Positions 13,539 through 23,909 of a stretch of DNA of 64,000 bases are shown piece by piece (within the stretch, counting starts at the first letter, position 1; each line of letters starts with the position of its first letter). Origin of the DNA: Blastocladiella emersonii ATCC 22665. Its lineage: Eukaryota; Fungi; Blastocladiomycota. Both the position numbers and the translations under genes were made by a program. The notes under the pieces were generated by a model, which searched no databases, was not told the DNA's origin, and saw only the letters and a list, made by a program, of their open reading frames with translations. The stretch spans positions 2,046,001 to 2,110,000 of the forward strand of contig JANHCV010000003.1 of assembly GCA_025594325.1 (NCBI GenBank), in the 5' to 3' direction.

Positions 13539-13759
13539 GTTCGTGTCAACGGGGTTTGATGCATGCGCTCTGGGGTGCCGAGAGCGAGGAGAGCGGTCTT
13601 ATACGGACGCGCGCTGTGAGTCGAGTCGGCGCGCGAACTGACCGGTCCGGTTTTCGAGTCACGCGGACGGTTCCACCCGGTTTTTGTCTCTCTGTCTCCG
13701 CTCCCCTACACTCTCGCAACGAATCAACCTGTAACCCCCTGCAACGTTCCCGCATCACC

Positions 13760-16700
13760 ATGGTCGAGCTGCGCAAGCGCGGCCCGCGCGCAAAGTACAC
13801 GGTCGACGCCTTCGACACGGTCCCGCCCGAGCTCCTGCGCGCCGCCGCCGAGCGACTCCCGCAGCGCCGCCAGCCCAAGCGCCGCGGGAGCGCGGCCTCC
13901 GAAGACGACATGGCCGTCGATCGCGAGAGCTCCGACGAGGACGACGGGGAGAGCGAGAAACCCGACTCGCCCGACGCTGATGAGGATGATGGGGCCGAGG
14001 ACGACGATGAGCCAGAAAAGCCGGCACCTCGCGCACCTCGCGGCGGCCGAGGCCGTGGTCGTGGCCGCGGTCGTGGCCGTGGCGCAGCGGCTACCGCCAG
14101 CACACGCAAACGCGCCCGCGATGCCGACGACGACGAGGGCAAGGTCGACGGCGACGCGGAACCCACCGACGCCGAAGCAGCCTCGTCGTCCTCGTCCGAA
14201 GCACCCGAACCCTCGTCCGAGGAAGAACTGCCCGACTACGACGACGACGATGACGACGACTTCGCGCCCCCCGCGTCGGACGCCGAGGGCGGCGCGAGCA
14301 GCGACAACATGAACGACGCCGTGTCCGACGACGACGGCGACGCGTCCGCGAGCGAGCCCGACGCGAGCGACGACGAGGACGAGGCCCCGCGCCGCCGCAA
14401 GGGCGCCGTCGGTGCCCGCGGCGGTGGTGCTCGAGCCCGCGCCGGCCCACGCGCCCGCGGCCGCGCCGGCGGGAACACGGGCGGCGGCGGCAGCGCGCGC
14501 GCGGCGCGCAGCAGCGTGCTGTCGTTCCTCAGCACCATCGGCAGCCGGTCGGGCCCGCGCAGCCAGTTCCTGACCCCCGAGCTCGAGAACCTGCTCCTGC
14601 GCGCCGCCGCCGGCGCCGTCGAGATCGACGAGGAGACGGCCGCCGCGCTCACGGCCGCCGACCCGAACGCGCCCGACCTCATTGAGCTCCTCAAGCCCCG
14701 CTCGATCGAGGATGTCGCCGTCCTCCCCGAACACCGCGTCGCGCACGCGACCCTGCTCCGCCGTATGGCCGACGCCGTGTACGCTGACGCGGCCCGCGTA
14801 CCCGTCGCCAGCCTCAACCCCTTCAACGGGTTCGCCAACATGACGTCCGGCGCGGCGGCTGCCGCGAATGCGGCCGACGCACCGAAGCGTAAGCGTGGGC
14901 GCCCGCGGAAGCGAACCGCCGCCGAGATCGAGGCCGAGGCGGAAGCCGAAGCTGCTGCCGCCGCGGCTGCTGCTGCGGCGGCGGCGGCGGCTGCCGCCTC
15001 GTCCTCGTTCAACCCCGCGCCACCTGAAGCGCCCGAGGAGCCCGCCGCACCTGCGCCCGAGAGCGAGATGGCCGAGACCACCGAGCCTGCCGCCGCCGAC
15101 GGCATCACCACCACCACCGACGCGGCCGCGACGGACGTGCCCAACCCGTACGTCGTCGACCAGTCGCTCGCCATGGTCCTCGACGTGCAAGGCCCCAAGG
15201 TGCTGTGCCCGATCCAGTCGTGCCGGTTCGCGGCGGCGGGCCGGTCGGCGTTCGTCAACCACTACAAGAACGCGTCGCACTCGATCACGCAGTTTCTGGC
15301 CGACCGGTTCCCGCGGCCCGACACGCAGCCGCGCAGCGCCCTGCTCGGCACGCTGCCCGACGACCACCCGCTGACGCGCATCGAGACGTCGGTCCTCGAT
15401 CTGCTCCTGCAGATCCCCCTGCCCATGTACCCGCTGTACCTGGACCTCGGGCCCGTGTACCTCCCGCTCCCCGCGCCGCCCAAGGGGAAAGGTCGCGCGC
15501 CGAAGGAGGGCAGTGGGAGTATCGGGTACCACGGGCTCACGCTCCGGTTCGAGATGCCCGAATTCGACGCCTACTCGTACCCGCAGCTCAAGCCGACGTT
15601 CACCCGCGACGACCTCCCGCAGTACGCGCACCTCAAACACATGCTGATGCACGCCATGCGCCAGAAGCTCAGCAAGCTCGCGAGTGGCGCGGCCGACGGG
15701 TCGGGCGCGCTCGACCTCGCGGCCGGTGCTGGCGGCGCCGACGGCGAAGCCGATACCGCCCCGCTCCCGGCCATGGCGTGTGGCACGCACCTCGACTGGG
15801 ACGAAGTCGCGGCGATCCAGACGCAGGGCCTGCTCGCGCAGATCAGCGGGCCGCCGAAGCGCGGCCGCAAGCCCGCCAAACCGCCCGGCTCCTCCGGCAA
15901 CCCCACGGCGCTGTCGCGCCGCACCATGGCCCAGCTCGCGACCAAGGTCGACGACGTCAACCACTACACGATCCTCGGGCCGTACATTGAGCCCGACGTC
16001 ACCCCCGACGACCCCACGCCGATCGCTGCCGCCGCCAACGACGCCGACCTCGAGCTCCTCGCGCTCCTTCCCGGGGACCCCGAGGCCATGGTCGAGGTGA
16101 TCCCCGACCACGAGCTCGACGCGATGCGCGCGCGCGACGCGGAACCCGTCCGGCTGCGGCTCGGCGAGGCCGCGGAGACGGTCGAGCTGCCGAAGCTCGA
16201 GGCGCTCACTTTTGGTACGTGCTCCCCGTTTCACTTCACGGTGTGAGCGTCGACCAACGCGCGTGGCCGAGTGTAGACACGTTCCGCAAGGGCTACCTCC
16301 TCAACACGGGCGGCTCGGTGTGGGGCATCGACTGGCTGGGCGAGCACCTGGCCGTGTCCGGGTACCGCACGCAGGGCGAGCGGCACGTCGTTGGCAAGGT
16401 GCACCGCGGGCCCGGGTCGATCCAGATCTGGCACGTCCCGCTGCGCGCGCCCGAGGCCGACACCACGGGTGCCGCGGGCGACGACGAGATCCCGGCGGCC
16501 GCCGTCGCCGAGCCGCAGGCGAAACTCGCGCTGTGCATCGAGCACGAGTGGGGCCCGTGCTTCGACCTCAAGTGGTGGCCGGGCAGCGAGCTCGAGCGCG
16601 CCGACTCGCCGCGGCTCGGCGTCCTCGGCGGGACGTTCGGCGACGGCGCGTTCCGCATCCTCGCGATCCCGCGGCCCGCGGCCGATTCGCCGACGCTCCG

Positions 16701-17585
16701 CGTGCGGGTCACGCCCGCCGCGATTCTTCTGGAAGCGATGCGGCCCGATACGACCTACTTCAAGTTCGCGTGGGGCGGGCTGTTCCGCGCGGCCGCCGGG
16801 TGCGCGAACGGGTACATCTCGCTGTTCGACATGAAGGCGCTGATCACGGGCCAGTGGCGCGACACGGTGGCGCACTTCCCCGCGCACGACTCGTTCCTCA
16901 CCGACATGCAGTTCGAGCCCGGACCCGACCCGCACCAGGTCGTCCAGCTCGTCACGTCCGGCGCCGACGGGCGGCTGCTCGTGTGGGACCTCCGCGACTT
17001 GTTTGTCCCGCTCATGGTGTTCCGCACGCGGGGTACGTTTCACTTCTCTTCGGCGGACCCGTCAACCCGTGCTGACTCAACCCGGATGTAGCGTTTCTCA
17101 TGTGCTGCGGGTGGAGCAAGCGCGGCGACGCGGTGCAGTACGCGGACGCGGACCACGTCGTGCGCCTGTACCGCGTGCCCGACGTGCGCGCGTCGCAGTC
17201 GCTGCTCGCGCACCGCGCGACCATCTGGTCGGTCGCCTCGTCGCCTTACCACCCGTACCTGGCGTCGGTCGCGGCCGACGGCGTCGCCAAGTTCATCAAC
17301 TCGCTCCGCGGGCGCGGGCGCAGCAACAAGTCGATCGCCGCCGGGTTCTACGCCGTGACCTACGACCGCGGCGCCAAGACGTATGTGTTTGACGACGCGA
17401 TCGGGTGCGAGGAGACGAGCGGGACCAGCGCGAAAAAGGATTCCGCGGGCATGGTGCTCCACTTTGACGAGGAGGTCGCGCTCCAGGTCATCGAGTGGAA
17501 CAATACCCGCGCGTGGGCGGGCTGGGTCGCGTCGGCCGGGTTCTCGGGGATCGTGCGGGTCGAGAATGTCGCGCAGGACTTTTGA
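13760..17585 (+). CDS. TFIIIC WD40 subunit (Tfc6/tau91/GTF3C2-like) with AT-hooks; exons 13760-16214, 16277-17032, 17092-17585
   Basis: Acidic disordered N-terminus, AT-hook-like KRGRPRK and PKRGRKP, LLNTGGSVWGIDW start of the WD40 region, DLKWWP, LLVWDLR and TIWSVASSPYHPYLASVAADG; introns 16215-16276 and 17033-17091 restore the frame. Confidence 0.72.
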
Positions 17586-17881
17586 CAGGGTGGGTGGATA
17601 AACACGTTCATGCGAGCCGTGAGCAGCTCCTCCTGGTGCGAGACGCGTCGCGAAGAGGGCGAGAGAGACATCACGCGAAGCGTCACGTGCGGGTAGCTTC
17701 CACGACGCGGCTTGTCTTTTTTCGCGGCCGTCTCGCGGGCGCCACGCCACGCCACGCCACGCCGCCGCCCGCTCGTCGCCGGTCCCTCCTCTCCGCGGCC
17801 AGACCATCCGCTGACCGCGTCACCTTGCTTGCCACGCACGACTGCACTGCACTGCCCGCTTCCGATCGACCGAACGACACC

Positions 17882-18523
17882 ATGCCAGGCCTCGCTGCTG
17901 TACGCGTCATCGCACGCACGCGTCCGACCGAATTCGGGGCCACTCACGATCTTCCGCTTCGGGGCGAGTGTAGACCCAGGACATTATCAACGCCTACGAG
18001 GGTACGCCGCTGCGTGTCGTCCGATCTCCCGCAGCACGCCGCTGACGCTGTTTTCGCGTGTAGACGTGCGCAACGACAAGAGCGAGACCAACTACCTGTA
18101 CCTGACGTATGAGGGCGAGACGGACAAGCTGGTCCTGGCGGCGACGGGCAAGGGCGGTCTGCCCGAGTTCCTCGAGCACCTCAAGGACGACAAGGCCGGG
18201 TTCGGGTACCTGCGCATGACGGTCGGCAACGACCACCTGTCGAAGCGCGCCAAGTTCGTGCTCGTGTCGTGGGTCGGGCCCAACGTCAAGGTGATGCGCA
18301 AGGCCAAGGTCTCGGTCCACATCTCCGAGGTCAAGCAGACGCTCGCCGTGTTCGCCGTCGAGGTCCAGGCCTCGGCCCTCGCCGACCTCAAGGAGGACGT
18401 GCTCACGCTCAAGCTCAAGAAGGCCATGGGTGCCAACTACGACCGGTACGCTGATTGCTCGTTGGTTCTCTCGAGCTGCTGCTGACGCGTCGGTTTCCCT
18501 ACAGGCAATCGTCCGAGTACTAG
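17882..18523 (+). CDS. Coactosin-like ADF-H domain protein, 4 exons (17882-17899, 17974-18001, 18064-18445, 18505-18523)
   Basis: Spliced product MPGLAATQDIINAYEDVRNDKSETNY...KRAKFVLVSWVGPNVKVMRKAKVSVH...GANYDRQSSEY carries typical coactosin motifs. Confidence 0.88.
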
Positions 18524-18765
18524 ATGCTCGGCTCCGACCACGCACGCGTTGTGCTCGCTTTTTCGACCGACCTCCGCTCTGCTCCTCGATCACGCGCTGT
18601 CGCACCTCCCTCTCCTTCCCTCGCTGTGATTCTCTTTCCTCCTCCCTCCGACCCTGCTGCTCCAGATGACGCCGCCGTGAATACCATCGATAATACTTGC
18701 ACAATCAACTGGAATCCAATTCAGCTCGCTCTCTGCCCATGCTCGCTCGCGATCGACCACAACAC

Positions 18766-19315
18766 TTAGCTGAGCGTCGCCGCCTTGGTGTACAGGCTGT
18801 CGACCACGGTGCCCATCTTCTTGATGGTCGCGAGCGCGTCGGCGTACGTTTGCTACATCGACCGAACACAGCGTCAGCCCCACTCTCCGCAACCATCCAA
18901 CGCAAAAAAAACGTACGTCGGTCTCGGTCTCGTCGAACATGATGAGCACGCAGGCGCCCTGGTCGAGGACGCCGTTGATCTTGCCGTCGAGGATGAGCTG
19001 CGAGAGCTTCTGCTCGACCTGCTGGAGGGGCAGCTTGACGAGCGAGGCGACGTGCGTGATCTCGACGCGCGAGTAGGGCTCGATGACGCGCACCAGGTTC
19101 TGCTCGAGCAGCGCGTCGTACAGCGACGACAGGTGGAGCCGGACCACGGGGTCGTCGTGCAGCTGCGCCTTGTACTTGTGCAGGGCGCCCTCAAAGTCCT
19201 GCAGGCTGCGCGCCTGCATGGCGTGCGCGACCGCCTTCATGGCCTCGACCTCGACGCCCGAGTGCTTGGCCGCCACCTTGTGCTGGAGGAGCGCCGACAC
19301 GTCCTCGGGCAGGTT

Positions 19316-19348
<33 letters not shown>

Positions 19349-20345
19349 GGCGAGCATGGCGCGCGCGTCCTCCTGCGACGAGTACCCCTCGAGCGTTTCG
19401 TAAAAGTACGAGTAGGCCGTCTTGAAGTCCTTTTCCTCGGCGTGCAGGATCCCCGACTGCATATCGAGCGCCGCCTGCATCAGCGGTGGGCAGTAGATGG
19501 AGTTGGCCGACGTGCGCGCCGACGTGAGCGAGGCCTATACCATTCGGGGAATCGGATGTGAGTTCTCGACTCGCGTGGACGGGATGAGCGGGGTAACCGT
19601 ACGCGCGACTTGGGAATGTTGCGCAGGGCGTGGAACACGCGCGACTCGAGCAGGTGCACCTCGACGAGGACCACCTTGTCGTCGAGGCGCTTGAGCTCCT
19701 TGAGCAGCAGCGAGATGAGGGCGAGCGACTCCGTGTACATCTTGTTGTCGAGGTACATGGCGGCGAGGCGCGTCTCGAGCGCCTGGCGCAGGAAATTGCG
19801 CTTCTCGGCCTGCGCCCACTCGATCGCGTCCTTGCACACCTGCACCTGCAGGTCCAGGCTGTTCGGGATCTCGCTCAGGTAGTCGATGAGCGTGCGGACT
19901 ACAGGGAGGGGAGGGGACGGGTTGGCGCGTGTGGGGGAGGAGAGGGAGCGGCGGGCGTACCGATCTTGGCCGTCTTGGCCTTGGGCAGCGACACGATGAA
20001 GGTGCGGCACTGGGTCTGCAGGGCCGCGAGCTCCTTGGCGGCGCTACGATGCACGGTCCGTCAGTCCCTGTGTCATTCGGTGGCCGCAATCAGCGAGCAG
20101 CGTACCCCTGGGTGCGGTACAGCTGGCCGAGCTTGAGAATCGCGTGCTCCTTGGCGCGGATCGCGTCCTCGGAGCTGTCTACTCGCATTCGAGGGATCAG
20201 CCCACGCCCACCTCACCAGTTCCCAAGGTAGCGGCATACCAGCCGAGGCAATCACGGCCTGGTACTGCGGGACCGCGGCGGCGGGGCTGGCGGCCGCAGC
20301 GGCGTCAATGGCCTTGACGGCGTCGGTGTGGGTGGTAGCGACCAT
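18766..20345 (-). CDS. RPN6: 26S proteasome lid subunit Rpn6 (PCI domain), multi-exon
   Basis: [81 protein letters not shown] and [17 protein letters not shown]. Confidence 0.96.
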
Positions 20346-20930
20346 GGCGGGCGGCTTCGTCGGTGTTGATGCGTTGCGTTGCGTCGAGTCGGGGTGTGTG
20401 CCGAGTCGCGTCGTCGTCGCGGCGGAGGGGAGGGGGCGGCGGGATGAGCGGGGCCGACATGAGTCGCGCGGTGCTGACGACCCGTCACATCGCCGACACG
20501 CTACAAACGTGACCACGCGTCTTCGCCTGTTTTTTCTTTTGAGCTCGTCTCTCCTTCGTCCCCGCTCTCCTCCCTCACACCCCTCTGCTCGCTTATGCAT
20601 CACACTGCGCGCAACACTTGCCGCAACACACCGGAACACGCATGAAGGCCCGGCCTCTGCCCGTGCTGGCCGGCGCTGATACTCGGTTCCCATATCACCC
20701 CTCCCCGTCGCTGTCGGGAGGCTGCTGGGGCTTCAGTTACCCACTCTGCACCGCTGAGCGACCTGTTCGGTGCAGCTCCTGCGCGAGCGGGAGCGAGAGG
20801 CACTTACCCTAGCAGACAAAGCTGTCCTTGAGTTGCTACTTTCTGATGGAGGATGCAAAAATGGTTCTATACTAACGGTACAACTATAAAGTACTTGCCA
20901 GCGCCTGCGCCGACATGGCCCCGCCCCCGC

Positions 20931-21659
20931 TTAACAGCCGTAGTTGATGGGCATGATGTGGAAGTCGCCGCCGCCCGTGCTGCAGTCGCCGCCCGAGTAG
21001 TTGCCGCCGTGGCCGTGGCTCCACGTCGAGCCGCAGTCGCCGCCGGGACCCCAGGTGTTCGGGTTGCCGCCGACGAAGCCGTGGTCGTTGTTACCCGGAC
21101 CCCACGTGTTCGGGTTCCCGCCGACGAAGCCGTGGTCGTTGTTGCCCGGACCCCAGGTGTTCGGGTTTCCGCCGACGAAGCCATGGTCGTTGTTGCCCGG
21201 GCCCCAGGTGTTCGGGTTGCCACCGACGAAGCCGTGGTCGTTGTTGCCCGGGCCCCAGGTGTTCGGGTTCCCGCCGACGAAGTGGTCACCGCCGTTGTTA
21301 CCGTTGACGGGCGCCCAAGTGTTCGGATTGCCGCCGACGAACCCGTCATGGCCGCCGTTACCGTGGCCCCAGCTGCCCGAGCCGCCGCCGTAGCCCGCGT
21401 CGACCGAGTGGTGTCCGTTACCGCCCGACGACGACGACCACTGGGACTGGGTCTGCGACGACCACTGCGACGAGTCGCTCTGCGACCACTGGTTCGACCA
21501 CTGCGACTGGTGCTGGACGCCGCCGTGGCCGTCGACGTGCGTCTGCGACTGCGACTGCGACTGGGACGACGACGAGTGGCTGCTGCTCCACTGCGACTGC
21601 GTCTGCGTCTGGTGCTGCTGCTGGACGGCAGGGACGTGGATCGGAGCGCAGTAGGTCAT
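20931..21659 (-). CDS. Orphan Q/S/G/N/W/H-rich repeat protein (242 aa), paralog of 42298-43074
   Basis: Intronless ORF with strong C/G-ending codon bias and a TATA-like GATAAAA about 90 nt upstream. It has a QSQ-rich N-terminal half and 17-aa repeats, with no signal peptide or hydrophobic segment. Confidence 0.8.
   Translation of the reverse strand: MTYCAPIHVPAVQQQHQTQTQSQWSSSHSSSSQSQSQSQTHVDGHGGVQHQSQWSNQWSQSDSSQWSSQTQSQWSSSSGGNGHHSVDAGYGGGSGSWGHGNGGHDGFVGGNPNTWAPVNGNNGGDHFVGGNPNTWGPGNNDHGFVGGNPNTWGPGNNDHGFVGGNPNTWGPGNNDHGFVGGNPNTWGPGNNDHGFVGGNPNTWGPGGDCGSTWSHGHGGNYSGGDCSTGGGDFHIMPINYGC
21046..21350 (-). repeat. 51-bp coding tandem repeat, (GNNDHGFVGGNPNTWGP) x about 6
   Basis: The period is 51 nt (e.g. 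21048 to 21099). Differences among the central copies are mostly synonymous, and the most N-terminal copies are degenerate. Confidence 0.92.
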
Positions 21660-22244
21660 GTTGTTGTTGGGATGGGTGGTGAGCGAGGTCGGTGCGTTAC
21701 GAGGGGAAGAGTGCTGGTCAAACTTGATGGAGCGGGGCCCGCCCGCCTTTTATCCCCGCGGCCGCGGCCGCGGCCATCTGCGTTGCGGCACGAGGCAACA
21801 GACTCTGCAAGAGGCTGACCAAAATGTTTCGCACGCGAAACATGACGTGGAACGCGGCGCGACGCGGCTCGGGGCTTGGCACGCGGGCTCGCACTCCGTG
21901 GCGCGGGTCGGCTTCGACAGCCCCACGCCAGCACCCCTGCCCACGCCAGCCGGCGCCGCGTCCCCCATGTGCGTTGCAGCGTGAGTCGCACGTCGCTGCG
22001 GTCGTTTAAATGTCATGGCCTGGCTTGGAGTCATGGACAAACTTGGAAGCTGGATGACGAAAGTACACGTAATCGGATGGCCATGACACACATGGCCGGA
22101 AGCGTGAGACAGAGTTGAGACGCGCCGCGAAAACACGTGTGGCCTTGGGTCGCGACCTGAGACGCGTTGCGCCACTCCCTCCCTCCTTCCCAAGTCTCTG
22201 CGCACCGTAATGTACATTCCTGACCCCAAAACCGCACACACGTT

Positions 22245-23682
22245 TCACGTCGCCTGCAACCGCCCCACAAACAGATCCGCCTCGTCGAGCAACCATCCCC
22301 GCGTCCTCGCGAGCAGGTCGTCAAGCGACCACCGCGAACTGAACGCCCACGACTTCCATTTAACGGTCCACTCGGGGATCATGCCGAGCGGGCCGAGCAG
22401 GGCGAGGTCGGCCGATGACGCGCTGGGCTGCAGGTCCGGGCTCGCGGGCGACGCCATGTACAGCGGGGCGCGCAGGGTGAGCGACGGCGGGTCGGCGGGG
22501 AACCGGTCGGGTAAGTGGACGGTGACGAGGACCAGCGTGCTGGGCGAGGCGCGCGGCGCGTCGAGGACAAAGGTAGCGGAGGCGTAGTTGGTCGTGTCGA
22601 GCTCGACGACGTTTCTACGATCGATGGAGTTAGCGCGCGAAACCGCACCGTAAACGTGAGTCGATCGTACTCGGCGAGCGTTGCAGCCAAACGCGCGATA
22701 AACTGGCGACGCTGAGAAAACCCCGAGAACGTGGACCCGATCCCTTCCCTGACAGCCGCCGTCACGTCGAGGAGGTAGTCGTACAGCGCGCCCTCGCGCG
22801 CGTAGGTCGGGAACTTGAACGCGTCCTGTCGGCTGACCCACGCGGCGGGGAGCCAGTGCGACACGTTGACGTCGGTGAGGACAAACTCGAGTCCGCCGGG
22901 CGTCGACGTGAACGTGTGGTCGACGAGGACCTGCAGCGTCACGGACCGGTCGGCGACGGCGTCGGGCCCGTCCTCGTGCTCGACGGCGATGGGCAGGGCG
23001 AGCACAATCGACGTGGTTTCCAGCCCGCTGACCCCGCCACCCATCGCCGGCGTGCTCGCGCCCGTGCCGCCAGACCCGGACCCGCCGGGGAAGATGCCGA
23101 CGTCGAGGTCGCCGAGCGTGGCGCACGTTGACAGGTCGTAGGCGAGCTTGTCGTTAGGGAAGCGCAGGACGAGGTCGTGGTGGTGCGCGCGGAGTAGGTC
23201 GCGGATCCGCTTCACGAGCGCGACGAGGACTTCGGGCGCGGTCGCCGCGGTCCACTGGTCGAGCACGGGCGCGAGGTCGGCCAGCGAGCAGTGGAAGTTG
23301 CTGTCGCCGGGACACACGACGAGGATCTCGGGCGGGAAGTCGAGGCCGAGGTCGGCGTCGAAGATGAACTCGACTAGATGCACAGGGTAGGTTCAGACGA
23401 GACACCCAGAAACGGGTCCAGGAGAGTAAACGGACCCGTCGCGACGATGCGGCCGCACAGCGAGATGGACGCGGTGAGCGGCTTTCCCGTGACGAGCCCG
23501 GCGTGCTGGATCGCTGCGAGGTCGTCGGGCGAGAAGACGGCGGCGAGGCGGGCGAGCGAGACGGGCAGCGGCGTCGGCTTGGGCGCCTCGAGCCGCGCGA
23601 GCGGGAAGTCGCCGGCGACGAGCGGCTGCGCGGCGGCGACCAGGCGCTCGAGCGCGGCCAGCGTGGTGCCCCGTTGCGCCAT
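22245..23682 (-). CDS. BRE/BRCC45 (BABAM2)-like tandem UEV protein, 3 exons (23682-23436, 23373-22671, 22614-22245)
   Basis: Ordered motifs match recalled human BRE: EFIFD..DFPPE/DIIFN..ELPPD, RRQFIARL/RREYIAAF, VVELDTTNY/VVEYDAEGF, VHLPDRFPADPPSLTL/IDLPLFFPRDQPTLTF, FSSRWSLDDLLAR/YSPRWDGNEMAKR. Introns are 62 and 56 nt. Confidence 0.8.
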
Positions 23683-23909
23683 GTCCAGATGCATTCGCTA
23701 GCGTATGGGTTTCAATGGGGGAAGAGAAGAGAGGGGTGGCGTTCGCCTCGCCTCGAAGAGAAGGGATCGACGCGCGACGCGTTCCCTTGAAGCGGCGGCC
23801 TCACGTGGGCCCACCTCGCGACTTGATCTGTCCCACACGCGGCCGGAGACAAGTCCCGTCGCTGGGTCAGATCGGCCTGCTCTGCCGCGAGCCACGACGC
23901 ACCCTCTCC
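23683..23909. promoter_or_regulatory. Putative bidirectional promoter shared by BRE-like and RAD5, with an MCB-like ACGCGT element
   Basis: Only about 230 bp separate the divergent start codons; ACGCGC at 23770 and ACGCGT at 23777. Confidence 0.45.
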
